In this document: positions 11,801 through 24,070 of the stretch, one piece after another
How the letters are laid out: the number at the start of each line of letters is the position of its first letter
How positions within the stretch are numbered: the first letter of the stretch is position 1
DNA from: Selaginella moellendorffii
Taxonomy: Eukaryota > Plantae > Lycopodiophyta
Assembly: GCF_000143415.4 (NCBI RefSeq)
Contig: NW_003314301.1
Location: forward strand, 464,745 to 528,744
Direction: 5' to 3'
DNA: 64,000 bases
Notes under the pieces: generated by a model
The model's database searches: none
The model's input: the letters and a program-made list of their open reading frames with translations, nothing else
Told to the model about the DNA's origin: nothing
Made by a program: the position numbers and the translations under genes

Positions 11801-14344
11801 CGCCAGAACACGTGCAAGGGCACGAAGCTTGGTGTTGTGCTCCACCAAGCCATGGATATCCTTGAACGTCAACTGTAGGAAAAAAGAATCCTACTATGCA
11901 ATAAACGTACAAATAAGAATGTGTTACCAGTTTATCCGATATAACAGCATCCGAAGAACTTTTATCCGGTACAAGAGCACCCGCCGTTGAAGCCTCGTCC
12001 ATATTTGAATCATCACCTCCAACTCCAAAACGTTTCTGGATATCTAGACACTCCTTAAGAAGAACCGCAACCTGAATGAATCCAACGAAAGTATTAAATA
12101 CAATATTTTCCTTCTGACAGCGAAGACGGACCTGAGACTGAAGATCAGAAACGTCTTTTGTGGCGCCCTTCAAGTCTCGTTCTTTCCTCCGCAGCTCAGC
12201 CTATAAAAAAAATATTAGTTCAAGTACCACGGAAGAAAGCCAGCCACGGACTTTCAACTCCCTGACGGAATTTTCCAAAGCCGCTTGGTCGGACATAGAC
12301 AATTTCAGTTTCTCCTCCATAATTCCGTATGCATCAAGCATTCTGGTATACTCCGCTGCATAATTGCATATATAATAACCCAATAAAAATGGTCAAACTT
12401 GTAAAACAAACCTCTTTCTCCAAGAATCAATGCAGCTTTCTCCTCAATCTCATGAAGAACCTTCACAGATATAAAGTTATAGCTCAACCTACAGGGCACT
12501 AGAAAATTACCCGATCCAATAAAGCTTGGCAACGGTTTCTTTCATGTCGTTCGTGTCGCCAGGCGTCTGTAGCTTCCTGATATTTGCTGTAAACAGTCCC
12601 AAGCTATTCCGGGATACTTACAGTTAGATACTTCAAGGGATGGAGATTAGGAACATACCGTCCATCCATCCCGGAGAAGTGTGGCCGCAAGAGCCGTTCC
12701 AGACACTCCATGAAACTCGGACGAATCATTGTGATGCCTAACAATTAGCAAGTTAGTTTACAACACGGTGTAAATTTTTAATAAACATCATACGTACCGT
12801 AAGAGAAGCTGGCCGGCATCCGCATCCAGGTCCAGAAAACCTTTATCAATACTTTTTACTTGCTGTAATTCAAGTATCCTCTTTTCAAAGTTTTCTTTCG
12901 CAGTGGATAGTTCCTGTCAAAGTTTGGATGGCTGAATAGTCAACGCAAAGGATGCATTCAAACCTTTTCAGAAGCCTCTCGAGCAGTCACCTCCTTTTGA
13001 ATTTGCTCTTCAAGCTCCTCTTTAGTTTGATTCAAATGCGCCTGTAATAAAGCATATGATAAAAGGCAAAATAAAATTACAAGTACCTCCAACGCTTTAA
13101 TAACTCCTTCAAAATCGTTTGCTTTCTTAGACCACTCCTCGGAACTTTGTTTATAAAGTTCGGCCAGCTTTGATGCCTGTTAGATAGGAAATTCTGTCAG
13201 TAGAAAAGCAAAACAAGAAAATACGGATCTTACAGTGGTAACTTCAATTGATAAATGTTCTTCTTTAACAGCAGCATCCTCTTTGACAAATCGCAATTCC
13301 TGACATTGCAGGTCATTATACAACGATCTTACATCAGATAACTTACTTCAATTAATCCATGTTTTTCCGTTTCCAGATCTTTCACACGAGCTTGACTTCG
13401 TACCAGAGCGTCTTCTTTCTCCTTGGCAGCCCTTTCAAACTACAATATCCAAGTCATCAATCCAACAGCCAGCAGCAAGGAAGTCTACCTCCATATTCTT
13501 GGCTTGCAACTCAGCCTCCGATTGTGCATTTCGGTTTCGCTCTTCCAGCAAGTTGGCAGACCTCGTTGTGAGCTCTTCAGCAAGCCAGGAATTATGCTCA
13601 GCAAAAATATCCTTTTCCTGCTCAAGAAACAAAGATGAAAAGAAAAAGAAAGGCTTAGCAATCTAAACATTTTGATAGTTTACCTGTGTTACTCGAGCTT
13701 CTTGTGCCCGTGATCGGGTGAGCTCGGCCATAAGTTCGTGAACTCTGCTCTCTAGCCCACTCTTCTCTTGGGTGAGAGCAAGCTAACAGGACGGAAAAAA
13801 AAAGTATGTTAACGTCACCTAAGAGGGAGAGACTTACCACTTTCTCAAGCAATTGATTTGAGGATTCGTTCTTCTCATCCAACTCCAAGTTCTTCTTCTC
13901 GACAACGTCCAGTATTGTTTTCCGCGACTTGTGAAGCTCACTAATCTCCAACTTCCTAGTCTCGAGATCGCTGTCTCGTTTCATCTACGAGCAGCAACGA
14001 TCGATCACGAAAATGCCAATGGAAAAAAATCCACTCACCAGCTCGAGCTCCAACTGATGCACTCTCGCCTGGGCTGCAGCATGCTCGGACGATTTATTCT
14101 CCAGCGCCAGGCGGAGCTGCGCCTTCTCGCTCTCCAGCCTAGCCACCTGATCCATAAGCGCCACATACTTCTGCTCCACCAGCGCGCACGTCTGCTCGGC
14201 ATTGATTCTGGCCGCGTCCGCCCGAGCCTTCTCTGTCTCAAGCTGGACCTGCTGATTGCGGAAGACATCGTCCGCCTTGCGGCACAGCGCCGCTACATCG
14301 CCTCCGAGCTGCTCCAGCTCCTCGTCGGTGATGAAGAGCGGCAT
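5824..14344 (-). CDS. NUA: Nuclear pore anchor (TPR/Mlp1 homolog), multi-exon coiled-coil protein
   Basis: N-terminus MPLFITDEELEQLGGD..KARADAARINAEQTCALVEQKY is characteristic of plant NUA. Internal HQRWREAQNNYERQV motif. Acidic low-complexity C-terminal exon ending INLNERARERA..GRGRGGRG. Dozens of ~45-60 nt introns. Confidence 0.93.
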
Positions 14345-14707
14345 TGCTTGCGCGCTCCCCCTACAAAGAACCCTAGTAGTAGAACCCTAAAACCTCATGA
14401 AAGAGTCACTGATTAAGGCCTACACTTCTGGTTTAAGACCTTTTACCCACAAAAACTTAACCTATTTCACTCATCATACATTATCGAAGGGTGAGATACA
14501 AAAGCTTTGAGATGCAGCAAAGTTAAGGTCGAAGAGAGCTTTCCTGTGATGAGTGGTGGCTTTTCTCTTCTTGTGTTTGATCCTCAGGTAGTTCACGCTG
14601 ATTTATTCTATCTTTAGAAATTTGTCAAGGTCATTGTTCCTTCAGACGGAAAAACACATGGATATCCAGGTGAATGTTTACATAGTGGTGTGACATAGTT
14701 TATATGA

Positions 14708-15735
14708 TTTTTGGTTTGCTTAAGCAAAATCAGGATAATAATGGATATATTTAGAATATATTTGGATATTCTAAGATATTCTACTAAGAATCCTATCCTT
14801 TACACCCTAAACCTAAAGAAGCAATCACTTAATTGTAAAGCCCTTTCTTTCTGTTATTATCCTAACCTGATGCCTAACAATCCTCCCCTTGTCAAAGAAT
14901 GATTGTCCGCAATCATACTTAGGCCATCCTCTAGTCATGGTCCTTCTCTTAAGGGTCTACTAAACTTTGGTTCTACCATGTTAAATATTCCTTCAGAATA
15001 TTCTTACCCTACTTGTTAGCCATGAGAATTGAACTAGGATCTACCATCTAACGATTGTTACTTATTTAGATTAATTTTGTATTTATAATTTATAATGTTA
15101 CTATTCTACCATTTAATCAATAAGATTAATCTTGATTTATAAATTATAAATATGTTTATAATTATTTGATAAATTGGATTATTCAATGACACTACTATTA
15201 AGCAAACCAAACATTATTATATGCAATGTGCAGCAAATTATTAATAATATTGTTCTAGAGCGGTGACACTTTTGTCAAGGGGCTGACTGCATTTACATAT
15301 AAGTGACATGTTTTTGTTGTTGTCTTGTGTGTGTGTGTGTTCTTATTGTTTCTACTTGTTTCTGTGCTGAAAGCTTGTCTTCAAGAGAATTGGATGGATA
15401 AGTCTTGTGACTATAGCAAGGCTTGAACCAAAAAACCTCATCCAATAGAACATCAATGCCTAAACTTATGAGTTGCGTGTTTAAAAGATTAGTTAGAAGC
15501 ATGTTTGTAATTTATAAACACAAGATTAATCTTATTGCATATCAATCATTAGATGATAGAATAAAAAAGAATATATTAGAAAGGGTTTTAAAAAGTTTAT
15601 AAATTATAATCCTGTTTATAAATTTATAAATATAAGATTAATCTAAATGAATAACAAATGTTAGATGGTAGAATATCCTAAAATATTCAAGCATATTTTA
15701 AGTATATTCACTACCGTACATAAGCAAACCAAAAA
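14708..15735. mobile_element. Two ~250-bp AT-rich MITE-like copies in inverted orientation (14708-15215 and ~15495-15735)
   Basis: tttttggtttgctta (14708) / taagcaaaccaaaaa (15721) is a perfect 15-bp inverted repeat. Internal blocks ctaccatctaac..tttagattaat..ttataa match in reverse complement. An extra terminal motif taagcaaaccaaaca lies at 15199. Confidence 0.65.
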
Positions 15736-15779
15736 GAATATTAGTCATTAGTACAAATTAAAACTTCAATATTTATATA

Positions 15780-16050
15780 TCTATTATAATAAGGAGAGAG
15801 TGCTAAACTTTTTGGGCCGCTAGATCCAACCAATCGCAATCGTCCAATGGGGTTCTTTAACCAGTTCTTAATGAATAATCATGTTAATATTTGCTCTTAG
15901 CCAATGGGAGGCAGCCAAGTTGTGTGGGGCGAGAGAAGAGGGTGCTATGACACAGACACATGCAAATGTGTTGACCGTGACTATGCTTGTCACTTGTCGA
16001 GCAAATTGGTTGTATCAACACTGCTAGAATGAGCCACCTCCTGGTATTAT
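15780..16050 (+). mobile_element. Possible Helitron 5' terminus
   Basis: A^TCTATTATAATAAGGAGAG resembles plant Helitron 5' ends (TC start after A). No matching 3' hairpin-CTRR was identified. Confidence 0.3.
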
Positions 16051-16681
16051 TTGTGTCAAGATCTAATCGATTTATCCACGCTTTCTTCTAATGTCTTTCA
16101 TTTTACTTTTTTTTATTTTTTCTCAAATGTTTTAACTCTTGGCATCTTTTGTTGCGAATATGACTTCCGGTATCAAAAGTTACCTATTGGCTAGTCCTTT
16201 TGGATATTTTTTCCTTATTGCCACGACGGTAGGAAGTTAATATTGTTGAACCCTTTATCATTCCCTTTTGTGCTTGTGAAGTTAATTGGGCATTTCAAGT
16301 GTACTTAAACTGGATGAGCATAAAGATGGAATTTCTACATATTATTAGCTAAATATATTTAGCCTGGTAAGGAGTTAGATATTAACTCTTGATACTAAGG
16401 GAGGCTTGGGATGAAAGCCCAAAGCATGTGTTCCTCAGGGTGGGGTGGGGGGGGTGGGGGGAGGGGGTTCTAAATGTATAGTAGGGATAGTGTGTAGGTC
16501 CGGTATGGCTGACCAACTTAAAGCATAATCTAGCTCCCATTTGCTTGCCTATCCTTGTTCTGTGTCCGGCTTGAGTTTAAGCCCAAGCTCCATACCATGC
16601 TAGTTGGTAAAGTACCCATATCTTCGCGTTAGGCCACCAGTATGCTAAAATAGCGCTAGACTCTGTTTAGCTCAATTTTGT

Positions 16682-18387
16682 TGTAAACGATTAAAGTTTC
16701 TATTCTACTTTAGTCACTTAATCACACCTCCAACCATTTGGAGGAATCTCACTCACAACCTCCATAAGTTCTATTTCGGACTTGGGGACTTGCTAGCCCC
16801 AAGAATGGCATCCATGCCACTCAACCGTTGCACTTAGCCCAAGTGCTCCACGTGTTTGGTCCCATGACCGACACCCCAAGGTACCACCGACATATTAGCC
16901 CGTTACGCTAAGGCCGTGCCCCTTTACCTTGGTCACACCGGTGGTCTAACATCACCTACATCACAATCCTATCTCTCAAAGATTGGGCCATTCATCCATG
17001 AGTGATCATCTCAGATTCACTCCTTAGCATCCTTAGGATGCCTACAAGCATGGGGAATAACCTTCCTCAATATCCCCTTTCCAGTCCTCACCAAAACCCT
17101 TTCTATCCATGGCTGTGTTCGCTATTACTACCACTAGATCAAGGCCCATAGACCCAGCCACTAAGTCTCACAGTCCTTTGGGACTTCCTCCTCCCACGAC
17201 TGTATCCTTGGTCTCTACACCAAAAGACTGCTCCTCTTCCTTTTCCTAGTCTGGAACTTTGGGACAACATTTCGGAACACCATGGTCTTACGCAAGCCTC
17301 ATGGGTACTTTTCCTGCCTTTCGCCTTTGGGTGCTCTAGCCATGGGCTTAGAGCGAGGTTCCATTGAGCCACGCCAGGTATCTAAGTAGGTAGTGCCACC
17401 CACACTTGGACTGGGAGCATCGACCATTCAATCTCCTGGGGGAATTAAAGTCGGCTCTTGAATACTTCACCAAGCTACCCCGTTTGTCGGTCCGTATTCA
17501 CTCTAGCCTTGGACTTCCCAGTGGTTATCCCCTCACCCAACACCTGAGTATAGCCTTCCTGGGCCAAACTGGCTCCACTGGGGTCCTCCCCCTACTATAC
17601 TTTTGGAGCTCACCAAACCCCTAGGGTCTAGGAGACAAACGCTTTGGGCTTTCACCCTCTCAGACTCGAACTCGGACTCAGACTTGGACTCGGACTCAGG
17701 CTTGGGCTTGGTCTCGGCCTCGGCCTCGGTCTTGATCTCGGTCTCAGTCTCGATCTCGCTCTCAGTCTCGACTTTGGACTCCATCTCGGGTCCTTCTCAG
17801 ACTCCATCTCGGATTCCATCTCGGGTCCATCTCGGACTCTATCTCGGGTCCATGTTGAACTCCATCTCGGGTCCATCTCGGACTCCATCTCGGACTCTAT
17901 CTCGGGTCCATGTTGAACTCCATCTCGGGTCCATCTCGGACTCCATCTCGGACTCTATCTCGGGTCCATGTTGAACTCCATCTCGGGTCCATCTCGGACT
18001 CCATCTCGGACTCCATCTCGGGTCCATCTGGGGTCCATCTCGGACTCCATCTGGGGTCTATCTTGGGTTCATCTCGGACTCCATCTCGGACTCCATCTCA
18101 GGTCCATCTTGAGTCCATCTCGAACTGCATCTCAGACTCCATCTCAAGTCCATCTTAGACTCCTCCACATGTCATGTGTTGGTCCTCTTGTGTCCCTTTT
18201 CTAGAGACTCACTTATGGCTCACTTCATGCTCATTTCTTGAGCACTCCGTTGGGAGTTCCACTCCCGCTCTCAACCTTTCAAGTCGGAGCTTTTAGTCCA
18301 AACGTGTTATGCTCGTTTGGCTTTCGTTTTGGCACCATATGGCACCCTTTCGGCTCCACTTTGAGGCTTAGGGATTTGTGTCTCACA
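16682..18387 (-). mobile_element. Solo LTR (family A) inserted in the 5' LTR of element B
   Basis: tgtaaac...tctcaca termini with flanks TTTGT/TTTGC. The uninterrupted family-B LTR near 39695 has a single tttgc at the equivalent site. Confidence 0.88.
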
Positions 18388-19499
18388 TTTGCATGCTGGT
18401 CTTGGCATTAAGATGTTAAATGCTCGAGGACTATTCCAAGTTGCTCCATGCTTCTGTCCCTTTGCTCCTTAGGTTGTATGCTTGGGAGTTGCTCCATGGT
18501 TTAGTTCCATTGCTCCTTGGCTCTATATTTGGGAGTTTGGCTCCGTTTCTTCATTCAGTGGCCTAAGGCCCTAGAACTCGAGTTCCACACCACTATCCTT
18601 TGGACACATGGCATATAACATATGGCATATGGAGGGTTTAGGTTCCGCTTCATGGTTTATCCTATGGTAAATCACCATAGGATAAAGGGTAAAAACCATA
18701 TGATCTACATTTGGTATAAGAGGATGAGTCTTAGTGAGTATTATATAATAAGATTGGGCAACTAGTTTTATTGCATACACAAAGATGAAAATGATGATCC
18801 GAGTGGGTACACATTTGGGTGCAATGGCTTCGCAATTGTTCCTTGAGTATAAATTTGGTTACCTTGTTGTACCATATTATACGAGCTTGCTTTTGGGCTC
18901 ATAGGATGGACTGAGTTATTCCATTTGCACAAATTTGCGCTTAGGCTCGTGAGTGAGGCACATTAGCAACTCAAGGTTACACTTTGAGTTGGTAGGATTA
19001 ATGTTAGCCTATCAGTGGTTCCATGAGTTATTCTATATATTATGGGTAAAAGTAAACCTCCTTGGGATTGCTATGAGTGGCAAATAGGCTAGTCTATAGC
19101 TATTTAGCATGGCACTAGTGAATCCTTCCTAAGCATAATTATAAGTGAATCAATCAAGACTGTGGGGATTAGTCTATTAGTTCAAGTAGTCATTGTCATG
19201 CTCTCTCATAAACTTTTCTTAGATTGGACTGAAAGCAGTGCGAAAGCAAGCTTGAGGTTTGATCAAAGTAAAGACCAAAAAGAGAGTCGTCAGGGACGAA
19301 GGATCAAACACATAAATCATCTTCTCTTCTTAGAGAGATGATTTGCAATGAAGTGTGACTCATTACCCGTGTTCACATTATGCAATCAAGAGTCCCTATT
19401 TTGATGCATGTTGGAAATGATGGTTTTGTAAGTGGTGAGTTGTGGGATGGATAGTGGTAGAGTGCTAAACCATTTTGTCTAAGTTTGCTATTTGAAGGC

Positions 19500-21150
19500 T
19501 TTGGTTACAATACTCAATTCTTTTCTGGGGAACCTTGCTATTGCTCCTTGAGTAGTTTGGTGTTGGATTAATTTTGAATTTAGTCAGAAAGAGAGTGGAT
19601 AAACTTGTCCATGTTGTGAACAAAAGTTAGTGGTGTTGGGTGTCGTAAATCTCTAACGATGAAGTGTGGCATTTATGTTGCATTTTATAATATCGAGTTG
19701 GCACTTGATATTCATATAACCTTTGTAGTAGTGATATGGGCATTGCTCATGGTGTTGCTCAATTGATGATCAAGTCATTGTGATTTTATATATTATATCC
19801 ATGTGATAATGAGTAATGTGTTGACAGTTGTTTGGTTAAATGATGATCAACCCCAAAGTGGTTCATGGTGAAACTAGTTTACTTGCACATAGTAGCATTG
19901 AAGTAGCTTTGATTGGATTCTCAATGATGATCCATTATGCTAAATTTTGAGTTAGTACCTTGTTTCCTGAGAGTTTACCTATTGAAGTGTTGGAAAAGGG
20001 TTGTAGCATTCATTTGCTATAGATTGTTGATTTATCCATTAGCACTTGGAGTAAATTGTTGAATAGAGAAAATGTGTAGTTAAGGCATTGACATCGCTAG
20101 CACTTGTGTTAGTGGAAGTAGCATTGTTTCGAGTAATGAGGACTTTTCCTTAGAACTTAATTTTCTATATCATTTTTCTAGTTAGTGTTTTGGCTTCACA
20201 TTGGATTTTAAAGGTGGTTAAAGAAGAGTGTTAGTGCAATATAGATATCTAAAGATATGGTTTTCATGATTAAGTTTTGGATGTTCATTTTGCATTTTAC
20301 ATATATCAATGTTGGATGTTGAAAAAATGGGGAAAGATGTTCAATGCTTAGACATATTGTTAGGTTATGAAAATTTGTGTTGAAGTGAACCTATATGAAG
20401 TTGTTGGTAAGAAGAAGTTAGTTGAGTCTTGAAAGTTTGCATTTTTGGATTGAGAGCCATTCTTTCTCTAGGATGGAAAAATTTCCACAAATTTTCTTAG
20501 GCTTTTCCGATGGCTAAATTGTTGATTATTTTGCTTGAAAACCATTTCGTTTTCATAAGCCAATACAAACTAGTGAAGATGTTGGAGTTGTCTTTGGTTA
20601 GCTTAAACCTTAATAAGTAGTTTGTATGATGCGACCCGAAAGGGATGCTAACTCTTAGAGTTAAGGCAATTGAGTTGGATAGAGTTTGGAGTTGGTGTAG
20701 AAAAGTGGCTATTGCATTTTTTTAGAAAGGTGACCCTTGTGCCTTTTTTCTGTAGCATTATGCTTGATGGCAGATTGCACCTTGCATTTCATTAAACTCT
20801 ATGAAAGTAGTGAGCTTTCACTAATCTTGACTTGGTCTTGGTAGCCTTGTGCTTTAGCGAAGGATGGTGATGTCCAATTTAATTGTTTAAAATTGAGATG
20901 TTGGTACCTGTACTATAGCTTTGTCTATAAGAAAGTTGTATATCAATATGAGTCCATCTCTTGGTCTTCACTTTAGTTTCAACTAAGTGTTGATCAATCA
21001 AAGCTAGCCTTTTTAAGGCATGCTTAGAGCTATTGGCTAGACGTATTAGTGAGCTTATTGCAATTGAGTTGGATTCGAATGATCATTTAGTTTGTGCTTG
21101 TTTATGAACTTTTATCTTGTACTTGGGGTATTACATTCATATTAGACAAG
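19500..21150 (-). pseudogene. Highly decayed non-LTR (LINE-like) reverse transcriptase region
   Basis: Minus-strand remnants AQGSPF (~20730) and VLAYENEMV (~20560) are spaced like the LINE RT motifs QGxPLS and LAYADD. The same G+T-skewed debris continues at 22323-22494 and 36543-38370. Confidence 0.35.
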
Positions 21151-21163
21151 TATATAACTCGAT

Positions 21164-22322
21164 TGTCGTGAATGCGACTTCGGGTATCGAAAGTTACCTA
21201 TCGGCCAGTCCTTACAGACACTCTTTCCTTACTACCATAACGGCAAGAGGTCGATATTGCTGGACTTATTATCAGTCTCTGCCTCAGCTAGTTGAGAAAC
21301 TGGTCATCACATATGCACTTAGACCAGAAGGGCACTAAGGAAGGAAATCCTATGTTGTCATTTAGTCAAATATACTTGGCATGGTGACGAGAAACTCATG
21401 TTGTTGACTTGCACTTGCTAGTGTTGGGAACTCTTGTAATATTGAGCTTGGTCCCTCAATATTGCTAGATGATAGCTTACCGTGTCTGCCAAACACTCTC
21501 GCCATCATGCTCTTTGTGTTAGTCTCATTTCGGTCCCAAATGCTATTTATGGAAAGTGTCTAGATTTGCTCATTTGGCATATCTATGGAATGTAGAGATT
21601 GGCATGAACACAATGGTATTTGTCCCGTGTCCAAATTCGCAATCTAGCGTCATTCCATATTTAGTAAGTTTCAAGCTTGTCCCAAAGACTAACTCCTGAT
21701 ACTAAGGGAAGTTTGGGGTGAAAGCCCAAAGCGTGTGTCCTCGGGGGGGGGGGGGGGGGGGGGGGGGGGCTATGGGGTTCTCCAAATGTATAGCAAGGAT
21801 AGTGGGTAGGTCAGGTATGGCCGACCAACCTGAGGCATAGTATAGCTCTTGCTTGTGCGCCTGTCCTTGTTCTGCATCTGGCTTGGGTCTAAGCCCAAGC
21901 TCCACACCATGCTAGTTGGTGGAGTACCCATGTCCTCACGTTAGGCCACCGGTATACTGAAATAGTGCTAGATTTCGTTTGGCTTCGTTTTATATGCTAG
22001 TCCTGGCATTGGGATGTTGGATACTTTAGCACTATTCCAAGTCGTTCCGTGCCTCTATCCCTTCGCTCCTTGGGCTGTACGCTCGGGAGTTGCTCTATGG
22101 TTCAATTCTGTCACTCCTTGGCTCCATGCTTAGGAATTTGGCACCATTCCTTCGTTTAGTGGCCTAAGACCCTTAAACTCGAGTTCCACACCATTGTCCT
22201 TTAGACACATGGTATGTGACATGTGGCATCTGTCACGTGGCATAAAGAGGGTTAGGTTCCACTTCGTGGTTATCCTATGGTAAATCACCATAAAATAAAG
22301 GGTCAAAACCACGTGCGTTACA
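21164..22322 (+). mobile_element. Solo LTR (family B)
   Basis: tgtcgtgaat...gcgttaca is collinear with 38902-39987. CGAT directly flanks both ends. No PBS or PPT adjacent. Confidence 0.8.
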
Positions 22323-23489
22323 CGATGACATGAATTTAGTGTTTGGGTCTTATGAAGTCAAGTTGATGAGTGATTGTTGGTTGCTCTGTAACTAGTGATT
22401 GCTTATAGACTTCGTCGAGGACTGTTTGACACTTGCTTCACTTGATGATGATTTAACAATGATGGGCTTGCTTTACCAGATGGTGTTATGGAGGTGTAAG
22501 TAACTAAATTTTCCATTCTACTTTAGTCACTTAACCACACCTCTGACCACTTGGAGGAGTCTCATTCACAACCTCCATAAGTCCAATTCAGGACTTGGGA
22601 CTTGCTAGCCCCGAGAATGGCATCCATGCCACTTAACATTTGCACTTGGTCCAAGTGCTCCACGTGTCCGATCCCATGACCGACACTCAAAGGTACCACC
22701 GACATGGCAGCTTGTTACGCTAAGGCCATGCCCAATCACCTTTGCCACACTGGTAGTCCAATACCACTTGCATCACAGTCTTGGCTCTCCAAGACTAGGC
22801 AAACCATCCGTGAGTGGTCATCTCAGATCCACTCCTTAGCATCCTTAGGATGCCCATTGACAAGGGGAATAGCCTTCCCCAATATCCCTCTGTCAGTCCC
22901 CACTAAGTCCCTTTCTGCCCTTGGCCGTGTTTGCCAACACTGCCACTGGATCGAGGCCTACAGGCCTGACCACTAAGTCCCACGGTCCTCTAGGACTTCC
23001 TCACCACACGACTGCATCCTTGGTCACTGCCCCAGAGGACTACTCCTCTTCCTTTCCACAGTCTGGGCCTTTGGGACAACATTTCGGAACACCGTGGCCT
23101 TACGCGAGCCACCCGGGTACTCTCCCCGCCTTCCGCCCTTGGGTGCTCTAGCCATGGGCTTAGAGCGAGGTTCCATTGAGCCACGCCTGGTATCCAAGTA
23201 GGTAGTGCCACCCACACTTGGACTGGGAGCATCGGCCAGTCGATCTCCCGGGGGAACTAGAGCTGGCTCTTGAACACTTCACCAAGCTACCCCGCTTGTC
23301 GGTCCGTGTTCACTCTAGTCTTGGACTTCCCAGTGGGCAGCTCATCACCCAACACTGGGTCCGGCCTTCCTGGGCCAAACTGGCCTTTCCTGGCCAAACT
23401 GGCTCCACTACAGTCCTCCCCCTACTATACTTTTGGAGCTCACCAAACCCCCTAGGGTCTGGGAGACGAACGCTTTGGGCTTTCACCCT

Positions 23490-24070
23490 CTCAGACTCGA
23501 ACTCGGACTCAGACTCGAACTCGGACTCGGAATCGGACTCGGACTCGGACTCGGACTCGGACTCGGGCTCGGTCTCAGCCTCGGCCTCGGTCTTGGTCTC
23601 AGTCCCGATCTCGGTCTCGGTCTCGGTCCCGGTCTTGGTCCCGGTCTCAGTCTCGACTTCGGACTCCATCTCAGGTCCCTCTCGGACTCCATCTCAGACT
23701 CCATCTCGGGTCCATCTCGGACTCCATCTCGGGTCCATCTCGGACTCCATCTCGGACTCCATCTCGGGTCCATCTCAGACTCCATCTCGGGTCCATCTTG
23801 GACTCCATCTCGGGTCCATCTCGGACTCCATCTCGGGTCCATCTCGGGTCCATCTTGGGTCCATCTCGGACTCCATCTCGGGTCCATCTCGGACTCCATC
23901 TCGGGTCCATCTCGGACTCCATCTCGGGTCCATCTCAGACTCCATCTCGGTCCATCTCGGACTCCATCTCGGACTCCATATCGGACTCCATCTCGGACTC
24001 CATCTCGGACTCCATATCGGACTCCACTTCGGGTCCATCTCGGACTCCATCTCGGACTCCATCTCGGACA
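23490..24070. repeat. VNTR inside family-A LTRs: ggactc/ggtctc hexamers then ggactccatctc (12-mer) and gggtccatctc (11-mer) units
   Basis: Directly visible. Variable-length copies at ~17650-18165 and ~35752-36305. Confidence 0.95.

Noticed and set aside
17533-18204. Many overlapping ORFs (SISGPSRTPSRVHLG / MESEMDPRWS), also at 23218-24284 and 35478-36520
   Set aside because: Translations of the stop-poor LTR tandem array in all six frames; not genes.
21690-21705. ctcctgatacta read as a reverse PBS defining a minus-strand LTR
   Set aside because: It is internal to the family-B LTR. The true PBS (18712) and PPT (38889) orient family B on the plus strand.
22614-22633. LTR-A palindrome aatggcatccatgccact resembling the transposon 24-mer
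   Set aside because: It shares the TGGCAT/ATGCCA arms, but the spacer is 2 nt rather than 8 nt and there is one copy per LTR. Not counted as the same motif.
23660-24070. CRISPR-like array appearance
   Set aside because: Contiguous 11-12 bp tandem units without unique spacers, no cas genes, eukaryotic LTR context.
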